Assembly: GCA_965235115.1 (NCBI GenBank)
Contig: OZ249445.1
Location: forward strand, 11,160,001 to 11,224,000
DNA: 64,000 nt
Direction: 5' to 3'
Origin: Laetmonice hystrix
Lineage: Eukaryota
Shown here: positions 11,801 to 23,526 of the stretch, piece after piece
Position numbering within the stretch: position 1 is the first letter of the stretch
Layout: every line of letters starts with the position of its first letter
Program-made: the position numbers and the translations under genes
Notes under the pieces: generated by a model
Told to the model about the DNA's origin: nothing
Database searches by the model: none
Seen by the model: only the letters and a program-made list of their open reading frames with translations

Positions 11801-13064
11801 TCCCTCATACATAAGAGGGTGTCGGTCCCAAGACGTCAGTCCCAGCCTGGGACTCTTGTTAATTTCCACTAATTGTCATGTAGACACCTGCAAGCTCATT
11901 GGACAGGTTCAATTAGTACAATAGTTGAAGCTCATTAGGGGAATGTGAAGATTTTTAATGAGGGGGATGTTTGATCTTTAACATCACTCTGACACCTAAT
12001 TAGCCTCTGTGTCACCAATTATGTGCAATGAGCAATTACTGAAGTAATGTGATTGACTGGCCTGCATGAGGGGTAAGTAAAAACTGGTCGATGACGTCCA
12101 ATCCCAGTGTCGGGTTCTCCTGCATTCCTTCCCTCGTTCTTTCCCAGTTTCAAGTGGTATGATTAGAGACCAAATTTAACTTTTGGAGCCTATAGTGTAA
12201 ATTGTATAAATTTCTTGGTTATGACGTGAATATGTAAAACCAGACTAGAGATAAAATTACTTATTAGTCCAAATAAAGTTGACGTAAAGAAGGCCAGGAA
12301 TGTGTTTATTAAAAAAGATACTTGGTTCTGTCTTCTGATCATTTTTTTTTCGGTCGAGACGCATTAAATGCCTTTGGAAATTTAAGGTTTTCGATAACAT
12401 ATCAGGAGTAGTTGACATAAATGCGAAGAGTTCATTGTCATAGTCAGGTGCATGAGGTAAGTCATCCGTGGGGTAATTTGCGTTGAAATTCTGTGAATGA
12501 TTGTCAGTGCCTTTGTTACATAATTAACGTGTGCAGGGATGTAACTCCATAGGCTGACTTTAGAACCACTGACTGTTATCTTTACCCGTTCTGGGTGGAG
12601 TCATAACGTCTGTGGTTTTTTTCTCTCCAGTAATTGATGTCAGCGCTATATGTATGGCAGTGAGCAGGGCTCCTGACACGGGGACATGTACAACAGGACC
12701 CAAGTGTTCCACTGCCCTCGGACCAGTCCAGTCCATCACTTGTTTTTATCGAATACCAGACGTATCAGTCAGAGTGCCTGGAAATGATAGCGGCCATAAA
12801 CAATACAGGGTAAATGCCACCCATGCTGATGTGTATTTGTGAAATAGGTTACTAATGGAATACGTATCTTAGAATGGGCTTAGAATCCGTTCTCCTATGT
12901 AAGTTCTCTATCCGTTTTTGTCCGCACCCGTCTATGCTCAAGGTACAAGGGAAAGAAGCGCACGATGTGGTACGCAGAAGATGTACACCTAAATCTGCGT
13001 GCGACTGGAAATCGGTTATCAGAAAAAAACTAGGAAATGGAGTTTTTGAAATATTTTGAATAAA

Positions 13065-13135
13065 TGTGTTCCTTTTATCTTTAACAGGTAAGCGTACCCT
13101 TAGTGATCTAGCAGTTCCCGATTGGTCAGGTAAAG
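13065..13135 (+). other. Recursive-splice-site-like AG|GT junction with a 42-nt cryptic exon (13088-13129)
   Basis: tgtgttccttttatctttaacag|GTAAGC at 13087/13088, with a second donor CAG|gtaaag at 13129/13130. Confidence 0.4.
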
Positions 13136-16100
13136 CCATTTTTCCTTTAAGAGTAAACTTTTGTAAAGAAAAATGTTTAATTAATTTTTTAAGGATCAGT
13201 CAATCTAATCATGCGCATTTTATAATGTGTGAGTTGAATTTCTTGCATTCAAAATGTTATGAATATGCATAGTTGAAGTAAATTTGAATATGATATCGCT
13301 CTCTACTTTTCACAGTTTATTGACTCGGATAACAGATATAGATTTTAGGACCGAATCCCAGAATTTGTCAAATTATTTTAGTACTCTATTATACTTGAAT
13401 GTCCGGATGAGAAGTTTCCTGTTGTAAACAAGTAAAACTAGAAAATGAAGTTTGCCTCCTGTTTGTTTTATTAACGAGAAGTTGCTGGTACAAATTGTCT
13501 AGTTAAAACTAATATAACTATTCTAGACTAACACTTAAAGGTATTTCAGTCACAGATCTTTTCTGCTCAAGGATGGACCCGTCATCAACCTGCTATGTTG
13601 TAAGAGAACCGTACAAAGTCGCGGTTCTGTTTACCGGTGGTCATATGTTTCCGTCCCAATGACCTAGGGAGGGATGAGTGTGATCTCGACCTCGGAACCC
13701 TTGCTTGTAGCGCACCACCAGGAGACCTGTAATTTCTGGGTGGTCAGCGACCCTTGCAGCCAAGTCACGGGGTCTGCAATAGAGAATCCTAGATGCGTAT
13801 CATATTATTGGTTTGGGAGACACAATGGTCAGATGTAGTGTCCATAATTACGTATCCTCCCCACATTGACCTGCCCTCTAACAGCGGACAGACCAGCCCC
13901 TTCCTCCATGCCCCCAAGCCTCACACACCCAGTATATCCAAACATTTAAATGTTCTTAAATTACATGGACCCAAAGTGCTGTTCCGGCTGGGTCTACGAG
14001 GTACACACCAGCCGAAGGTTTGACACACTAATTTTAGGATGTCACCTTCAAGGCCTGTTGTAATGAACGTTTGCACCTTGAGAAAAGCTGTTTATCAACT
14101 GCCTAATTAGGCATTAGTTGACAGGCCATGGTTTGGCCGATCCGATTGGCCGGGTGCTCCACCTTTTGGTAACTGGTCACACTCAGGGGGTAGGTAGGTA
14201 GGGGGGAGGTGGGGAGGCCGAGAAGATCGTTTGATGTCTACCAGCTAACACCTCAGTCATCACCATACGGTCAGTGACATCTTTAACATCCTTCATCACG
14301 GCACCAAACGGAAATGACTTACTAACTACCACCAGCACAGGTTACAGGTCTGTGATCTGTGTGACACTGCCACAACACTCGAGCTACATTAGCGGACCAA
14401 GGTTTATTCTGTATAGCTCAGGGTAGAAACTGAAGGCGTTCTCAGTTCAGCGGTTACCCTTTGTGGTTGGCATCCTGGTATTTCTTAATCTGTTTGAATA
14501 TGTGAGTGGTGTGGAGTGGGCGGTGGTAGAAGGAGGCGAGTAGATGTCGGGAGATGATTTTGTTATTAGTGGTATACACCTCGCGGGAAGTTTGAATCAT
14601 GGTGAGAGATCTGCTCATCTCACAGGTAACAGGACAGTGGCTGTTATATCATCGAGAAGGTGGACGTAATGAGTATTACTATGAGTAGTAATGAGGCAGT
14701 ACAAAATATTTCTCAGTTGGATGATGTATCTTTTCCGACTGTCCATATTTCTGGCAGAGAACTGCTCAATTTCTTGAGGTGGCTCAGATCCGACCTGTCC
14801 TCGCGCCCAAGGTCTGGCCTGTGTGAAATATTGATTGTTGGCGTTAGTGAAGGTGGCATTCCTGACGCCAGGTGGCAGCACATGAACCTGGCCAGGTGAC
14901 TTCACGACTGGCTTTAGTCTCAGGGTCCAGATGTGGCAAGGCAGTGCAGATACCTGCTCAGTTATGACATGACAGATGTGTATGGTGTAGCTCACAAGTC
15001 AAGCTTGAAGATCAAGGATCCTCAGGCATTTTGAAAAACATTAACCGAAAACTGTTTAAAAAGCATTTACACCTATGGTCCTAACGCATCTTCCTCGGAA
15101 TTAATGGTTCTCGCTTCAAAGTCTACTGACGTTCACAATAAGTCGACGGATAACACTCAGATTGCAAGCTTAGCCCATAAGTAAGATATGTAGTAAAGTT
15201 CCTGAACACTGTAGTTTGAGAGTATATGGACCAAAGATGATGAATTCTGACAAGGCCTCCTTTGGCGGCCAGATGTACTGAAGTATTTCCGATCTGATTC
15301 AGTGTGTTTGAGAGACGTACATCAGAGAACCGGGCAGCTGGAGCTTTGCCCGGTGAGTAGGGCGGCCCGAGTGTACAATGATGAGCGTCCTCATTAGGAA
15401 AATGTGTCTTTGAGTGGATTTGTGAAGTAGACACCTTTGTGGAGTTGCTGCCTGAGACTTTGAGGCTACATTTACCCTTATAGATGACGCTCACAATTCA
15501 GGTCTTGTGGTACTTATTTATATGTACGGATGTCGTTTCCTTCCATCTTAAGTACGGTACATGGGTGGATGAGTTGTCAGTCATGACGAAACAGTTTTAT
15601 AAACACATTTGTATCTTATCAAAATGATTCAGTGATTTCATATTATAATTGTCTGATGTGTCGTACATTCCATTCTCGGCTGTTTCTCAACTGTTCTGGT
15701 TTGGACTGCTCATTGTCAAGAGATGGGATTTCATTCTTTCTGCCCTCAGTAATTAGGAAAATGACTATTTTCTTAATGACTGTCTTGACTTGAAATAGCC
15801 AGTGCATTGGTATTTTTTTTACGATCTTTCTTCTCCCCGTTTCATCAAATAGTAAAACTGCTGGTGCACTTAAAGTAAACTACCACTTATAAATTCCATC
15901 GATGAATTAGACTGGGGTGAATAAAATGTAAATGTGTAATCGAAAGGTATGAAATCAAGCATTGTTTATATATTTAAACCTTTATCAAATAAAGCTTAAG
16001 GATGAAAATAGTTTATAAGGAACATAAAGCAACAGCTGGCCATTTATGGCACCCACCTTAGGGAAGCTTTATCTCTTAATTATGGTGGGAAGCGTTGATT

Positions 16101-18163
16101 TGCCACCTAGGTGAAGGTAAGGCTAATGCTGATAATGTCTTAGCTCTGGTCTTACCACAGGTACAAATATCCTACATTGACGGGGTGGTGCCTTACCCCT
16201 GCTGTTTGCTCCATTACCCCATTATGGGTCAGTGTGTGTCGTCCGGGGGTGGGGGTAGAGGCTAGCCCCAGGGGGTAGAGAAGTTTGGGACCTGGGCCTG
16301 CTTTCCTCGGTTTCTACACGGTCCAGACCATTTGTCTCGCTTGGGGGGCTCTCTATGGGGCGCAATTACCGAAGCTTGGGACACGTGTTACTAGACGCCC
16401 CCAAGTATAGAATTGGCAGAAGACGAAGCTTTGGAGCGCCACTTGAGTGTCCCCTAGCCAACACCTGCGGGACTGGCCCATTAAAGGAAACCACCGTGAG
16501 GCCAGCCGCCGTCACCACCACCGGCAGACAGTGAGAGGGTACCTCGGCCATCCGTGCAGTACCAAAGTCGGACTGATAGATACAGACAGTATACACACAG
16601 ACACACGTCTGGTGGGTTACAGCCGGTGGGACGCAGGACACACCAGCTTACCGTAACAGGTTTTACACAGATCATTTTGTCCTGCTCACAGGAAGGTTGA
16701 TGGGTTTGATGAGGGTGAGGGTTGAGGCGGCCCAAGGAGGCCCAACGGATGGGGTTCCACTGTGCCCAGCTGTCATGACTGATGAACATTATCATCATCC
16801 AGGCTGAACGTCAGGTAGGCAGTTGTAAATTCATCGTGACGAACGACAAACAAATGGTGCGGTCGCCTGGAGCGTACAGGATCTACCTGCCACACTGGGT
16901 TCAGAGACTTTTATCGGCAGTGAGAGACAACAATAAAGGTGACAAGGCAACCCGTGGCAGAATCTCTGGAAGTGAATGCTATATAAACACGGCTGACCCC
17001 TATTTTTATACAGCACGTAAGTAAAACACTAAGACCACTGGTCAAAGAACTCGGAGGTCTGTACAGGAGTCGGCTCTTACTTTTGAAATCCTCAGCCAAG
17101 GTCACTTTTAGTTTGGAGGAGTTTTGTCGTTTTCAGTTCGTGAAGTAGGAAATTGTGATTCTTAATTACCCAAAGAAATAAAAGAGAACGAAAACGAACG
17201 GACAATTTCAGATCTTCAGTGTACTTAATCTGGAAGGGAAATCATACCATAATGGAGCATCGTTATTGACAATTGAGCAGATCTATACATTTATAAGTGC
17301 AGTCTCTGAAGTGAGGGAGACCAAGTCGGCCTAATCCTCCAACATTTCCCCATGTGACATGAATTGACACTTAGTGTTCCCACAAGAGATTGGTTCTGCA
17401 CCCTTTGCCTGGGGCCCAGATGAGTGTTATCGACAACAAGGAACCAGATAGGAACCTAGGCCGACTGAGGGGATGAGGCATTCACAACCTCTGTACCATC
17501 AGCTACAACACGGGATGTTTATTCACAACCACTTTGATGTTTCTGCCGACGTTTTCTACCATTTGATTTCTCTCTGAGTGACATTACATACCAGTGATAA
17601 TACCACCCAATGAAGGAAGAAGGAAAAAACCATGACAGTTGGTGTGTCGCTTTTTAGAAATAATGGGAAAAGTGCTCACAGAGGAGATTTGTTCTTTGAG
17701 TTGCCTGGAATCAGCGGAAGAAGGCGAAGACTAATGTCGGTGATTGTGGACTCAGGTGAGCCTGTTGCACAAATGGATGGTGGTTTTGTTAGCCGGAACT
17801 GAGGGTCTAGTGACTGACGAGCAGCAGAACAAATACACCTGTCGTCTGATTCCTGAGCCAGCTGGTGAGGAAAGCAAACTACGGCATCATCTAACCACTT
17901 CCCTGTCAAATCCTGCCCCACCACGCTCATCCCTCCATCCGTCTACCGATCACAAAGACAACGCCCAACACAAATAACATCTCAAAGGAATCAACGGAAA
18001 TCGAACTTAGAACCATCTTTTAAGTCTCCCTCTCTCGAATTAAGAAGAGTTGATGACAAAAAGAAACTGGATGAGATTAAAGTCTTTTGAAGGAGCACAT
18101 CAAATCCCAAGAAATAAGTCATCGGCTTTGGCTTCGGTTTACTGCGAGAAGGACAAGCTAGCT

Positions 18164-18263
18164 ATGGCCACCAGACCGGGAAAAGTTGGGAAAAAGAAAT
18201 CTGCCACGGGCTCCTCCACTCCGGGCAAGAGGGGCAGGCCTCGCAGAAAGGTCAAAGATCAAG
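18164..18263 (+). CDS. Probable first coding exon encoding a basic N-terminus with an AT-hook, MATRPGKVGKKKSATGSSTPGKRGRPRRKVKDQ (phase 1)
   Basis: ATG in good context (gctATGG), K/R-rich open frame, KRGRPRRK AT-hook core and optimal donor AAG|gtaagt at 18263/18264. An in-frame ATG at 18053 could extend the N-terminus. Confidence 0.65.
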
Positions 18264-18448
18264 GTAAGTGGAAACCACGTGTCAGCTTCAAGATCGTGCC
18301 ACGGTGACCGCTGGCCAGTCTATGGCAAACGGAAAGGGGAATACAATCAAGTAGCTTCCACATGCAGTTAACATAGGATACTTACACTTGTAGTACAGAC
18401 ACTATTGCGTGTAGCTATCCGTTGACGTCACATATCAAATCTTTACGA

Positions 18449-18531
18449 CAGTTGCATGACTCTCCGTTCGTTAATTTCCCTATAGATGTATTTTCAATGA
18501 GAATTTTAACGAACGGACAGTCATGCAACTG
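18449..18531. repeat. Near-perfect inverted repeat (26-bp arms, 1 mismatch, 31-nt spacer)
   Basis: cagttgcatgactctccgttcgttaa (18449-18474) versus ttaacgaacggacagtcatgcaactg (18506-18531). Confidence 0.9.
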
Positions 18532-20602
18532 GCCAGTCGTTCTCATAAGAATACGTGGGAATAACTGGATTGTTATATAAACCCGTTGGGTTTCTACAAT
18601 CCCCCATCAGCAGGCAATCCTGCCCAACATGAAACTATTGTACTTTATTTTTGTTTGGTAATAAAAAATAAATAAAAAAAACTATTATGATTGATTTCTT
18701 TATTTGGTGAAAGGTCCTGCGACTCAGAATACCGTCACGACCACGGTCATATCGAAAGTTAAACAGGTAAATAAAGCATTGACTGAAAATGAAAAGTCCC
18801 ATTTAAAAAGCAAGCCATGGACCTGTCTGAGTGACTCTGTCTCCGACCGAGGTGTTACCGGCCGTAATTGTAGGACTAGCATTCTCTAAGGTCTACCTGG
18901 CGTCGCACATGTATGGCCTTAACCCGTCTGGTGGCAAGGCCAGCAACGAAATGTCTCTCGTCAGTATCATGTTCAGTAGCCCTCCAGGTGCCAAGTATAA
19001 TTAGGACTGGATTTAGCACAAGGCTACCAACTAGTATCAGCTATTTACAATGCCTGACCAGAATACGTTATGATCTAAACTTGTGTCCATTTATAATACG
19101 GTATACATTTTGCTCACAACGCAGAACAACGTGCTAGTTCAGGTTGGACGGTTTCACCAAGCATCGGTTAAAGTTTGTAAACTTTATGTTGGAAAATTGT
19201 TTAAAATGCTTCAAAACAAACTATCCCGTTTTCAGGACTCATGCAGATGGGAAAAATATCTATGCGTGTAATGAATCCACTTCTTCGAGACATTTGATAC
19301 CTTGTATTTTATCAGTGTTGATTTTTACCAAAAAAATCATTATCAGCGTTTAAAGTCCTGATAGACATCTCGCCCTTGCCTGTGCACATATTTTATGACT
19401 TCTTGTGAGAAGTGACGATTTGAAAAGAGTTCTTGTGAAAGATAAGATCTCAGTGTATTCAGGATCGCCAGTCTTTCACCTGATAATCGTTTGGTTGCCA
19501 CACCTATATTCCTTTATAAATAAATAAAAAATACGAAGAAAGGTTTTTTGAAAGAATAATATCTTAGTATAGTGAACCTACATTACATGTTTTTCTATCT
19601 TTGTGTGTATGTTGCTTGACTACATCTTCACTTCAGTCGTCATAAAGATGAGTAGGTTTTAGACTATACTGATGGTGACCACTCCCATATTTTGTGTCAC
19701 GTAGACGCTAGGGGTATTGTTACTTAACTATACTATAAAGTGTGATAGAGTGAATAATTAAAGTTGACAAAGGATGCATTGAAAGTCATGTTAAATTGGC
19801 CTTCATTCAGTATGGCAATTCAGACAATGACTTATTATAATCATTTCTGCTAACATAAAGCCAGGAAGATCACTCATATGGAACTCCGAAGAAGGAATAT
19901 AGAAACTAAATCTTTGCTTTTGAAATAGTTCAGGTCGCTCAACAATCGGCCCAGCGTGAATCTTTTAAAAACTTTGTAGCGTAGTTTGAATATTTTAATG
20001 TTGATTACAAAGACTTTTTTGTGCTTGTTACAACGGAGAATAATTATTGCAATTGAAGGATGTACGCATTGTACATTCTAGTTGCAGGTGGGTTCACTTC
20101 GCAATATATCGCAGGCCTTGGTAGCTTTGTCGGTCTCTTCACATGGACATTTGTCAATACCATGTCGTATATTTCGTATTATCAATGGACTAATGATAGA
20201 AAAGTACCAGTTATCTGCGCCAACTCGAGCACATCCCAGATTACTAAGATATAACTTTTTTGTATTTGCTTCTTTCTGAAAGTGGCAGCATTGTTTGAAG
20301 TAGAGTGGGGTTACATTTTCAATGGCACTGTAACACTACTCTCAGAGCAGTTACCTATGAGGAGTCGGCAGACAAAAAAAACAGAGGATGTTTTACAAAA
20401 GGTGCCAATGATTTAGGTGTGGATGGTTATCAACGTGGCAATATCACATTGCTAGATGAGCGCTGAGTGATAGGGCATAAGAAACTAGATAGGGATCGTG
20501 TCACAGTGTGATTGGGATCAAATGAAGGAAAGAAAAGCAGGACAAGAAATAAATCCGTCAATCAGCACAATTCTATCTTCATCAGACTTGTGCAATCTAC
20601 AG

Positions 20603-20696
20603 CGACCGACGTCAAGATGGAATCTGCTGCTGTAGACCGCATTCGGATTTATGAGAGTGGGGCACAATATATTTGTGGATGTAATGGCCGGTCACA
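20603..20696 (+). CDS. Weak candidate exon (phase 1 to phase 2), ATDVKMESAAVDRIRIYESGAQYICGCNGRS
   Basis: Moderate acceptor gcaatctacag and donor ACA|gtgagt. The frame is compatible with the 18164-18263 exon. Confidence 0.2.
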
Positions 20697-23412
20697 GTGA
20701 GTGTGGAGTTTTGTTTCCCGTTCCTCCCATTGTTGCCCCAACCCGCCAAGGTGCTGAATAATTTGGCGCTGTCTTTATCCCGATCTCAATCAGGGCTGCG
20801 ATCTTGCTCGCTCTTACGTCAACATCTGATAGATTAAGAGGCATTAAAAAATGTTAACTGAAGAATGCCATAACTCTCATTGATGCACTGGGCTGTGTGG
20901 AGTTTGATTGTGTGCAAGTCGTGATCGCCCAAAGATGATGGAGATCCCCAGTTTGGAAAGTGTAGTGTTTTTTACTTGATAAAGGTTGTCGGCATGGATG
21001 GAGCATGATCAGATACAGGTGCTCCTGTGCAGGCCCCACAACGCTTATCTGTACGACCCACATGACTGATGTCTCCGTACATGTTGGTGGCTGCTTTTCG
21101 TAAAATGAGCAATGGCGTTAAGAACACTTAATGGGTTCACGTGGCCATCCGCTGCCGTCACTTGTGTTAAACTGACGACATTGTATGACAGTACGTCAGA
21201 CAAAGACTTGAAAGGAGCGACCTGAGGAAAACATGACCCAGGTCTCACGAAACGCCACCTTTAAGAATTTACAGTGCAAAGGAGACTGAGTCGTAAGGAG
21301 ACAGACAGGGGGAGCTTCATAAAAGGATAACAACGAGTTCTTTTTTATCAGAGGAGTCTTACATGTGATTTGTCCTGAGGCCACACATACGACGTAAACA
21401 AAATTATGATTGATCCTTATTCATGTTCTATCGCCAGTAATGTCACAGTGTGGAAGAGTCTATAGCAGAATCCTTTTAGGATGGTCTCCAGTCAGTTTTA
21501 AACCATTCAAATGACATCACTTCATGTCACTGTCAATTCACTGTCGTGGGAAGCCTTCTCCTCGAGTCTTTATATTGTGTAATTGTTCATGATTAGTTCA
21601 TTCACGATGATATGGTGTGGGAAAAAGGCCAGTGTTTGGTACGTGATGGATGCCTTATGTGATGAGCCACAGTGTCACCCCTCCCAACCTGCCTACAGGG
21701 CAGTACTGTCATAAAAACACGTACACCTTCCACATTACCCCGTTACATTCTGTCTGACAATCATAATGATTTTCTTTTCTTTTTTTTCTTTTTTTAACAT
21801 GAAATTGTCTGGATTTTTCCATATTCCGTCTTTGAACGTATCTGGTGCAAACATAATGACATCACTTCAAGGAAAGTCCTCTGACCCAGGCTCACCTTTT
21901 GTAAGTGATCTTTGACCCCGGGAGAGGGGGTGAAAATGGCAAAATCTATCCGCTTTCAGTGTGTCTGGGCACCTGTATGTGTCTGATGTCTGGGCATAGA
22001 TACCAATCAGCTCATCTCAAATTTGTAACTGTAGGATTGGGTCGGCATGACAACAGGTGAGCATATATGTGAGATGGCGATTTGGAAGTCGCTGTAAGAC
22101 AGATGGCCAGTGGTGGTGGACTAGCCCCGTCCATTCACTACCACCACCCCTAGCTCCATACCACCGTCTGAACACAACCGACACTCACCTTACCGTACCA
22201 CATACATGTGCTGTGATACCCTGTTATTGACATACCAAGTGCTATGGAAACGAAGGCAGCCGTGAAAGAAACATCATAAAACGGCCATCTTCTGTCGTGG
22301 GTAAACTTACAATTGCCAGAAATTGTATTACACTGCCACGTCATTTACCAAGGTAATTACCACAGGCTGAGGCAGGGAGGCAGCCACTACCGACGACCAC
22401 CCCACCCATATCACAAGTTAAATTGACTTCCATTAAGTCCAGTTAAACACCACCTGCCCGAGCTAAAAAGCCAGGTACTGTTTCACAATTTTTGTTGGTC
22501 CTTTCGCAACTGTAATGGAAAGGGCGTATCAATAGCCTGTGTGCGTAATAATACTTGGATCTATCGATCCAGATCCAAATATCAAGATCAGAGAGGGCAC
22601 AGTATTCAGTGAAATAGATCCATCGTCATTGGAAGTGATCAGCAGCAATTTCATTCCACCTTTTCAGAACAAACGTCTTCATTATGTATCCTTTATTGAT
22701 AATGACGTGAAAGGTTGCTCTTTTACTCGATAAAATGGCCCCCTTTTTCTCAAGGCTGGATGTGAACTTTGCTTCAATTTTCAAGCAATCAATATGTTTC
22801 AGATTTCACTTGTATTAATGTTGCAGCACAATTAAAATATCAAATGTCCACTTAAACAGTTCCGAGTCGTTTGTGTTGAAGAACTTTTAATTTTTCTTCT
22901 TGTAATGAACAAAAATAAAAATCTGCCAGAAAGGATGGGTGGGGCAAGATAGAAGGTATATTACAACGTGACTAATGAAAAATTCTGTTGGCAGTAAATT
23001 ACGACTAAGAATACATACGGGACATGCAACATGTTTTCACTCATATAATATCTTTTACCATTCTTATGTTCAGGCAACTGTCGGATGACAGCCATGTGTC
23101 GCCTTTGTAACGTACCTTGTTTTCCTACCCTTTTCCACAAGGTGCGTTTTGTCAGTTATTTTACTAATAACTTGTCGAAGCTGCCGATAATGGCCACCTG
23201 AAGTTTGTGATAATGACACTATGTGTATAATAGTACACTATGTATGGGATGTAATACGTGGTCGAGTGGACATTTAAAAGAAAGCATCTTTTGTCGAGTT
23301 ACGTCTACCAAATTGACTTGAAGAACAACAGGTTCTTGGTGGCTATTAGAGCCCCCGATACGGATCTCTCTATATAAATTGTTCTGTCAGAGTAAATAAC
23401 AGGGTGAGTGGA

Positions 23413-23526
23413 GGATTTATGGCGTGGGGGTGACGACTTTCTATGAGCGCGCTTCCCATGGTCACGTGAGACGTATCGATGCCGTTTCGTGTCCGGGTGA
23501 TTTATGGATTTCTGTCGTCCGATTGG
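23413..23526. promoter_or_regulatory. Compact enhancer-like cluster with Pbx/Hox-type sites
   Basis: GGATTTATGG at 23413-23422, CACGTG at 23463-23468, TGATTTATGG at 23498-23507 and GATTGG at 23521-23526. Confidence 0.3.

Noticed and set aside
13575-13625. Faint resemblance (minus strand) to the 3' tail of marine-invertebrate SINEs
   Set aside because: The match is too short and degenerate, no tRNA-derived head is visible, and it needs a Dfam search.
14411-14427. GTATAGCTCAGGGTAGA, resembling a tRNA A-box
   Set aside because: There is no B-box, acceptor stem or cloverleaf downstream.
21545-21623. Two Su(H)/CSL sites (YGTGGGAA)
   Set aside because: They share orientation and are 71 bp apart, which is not the paired-site geometry, and their frequency is near background.
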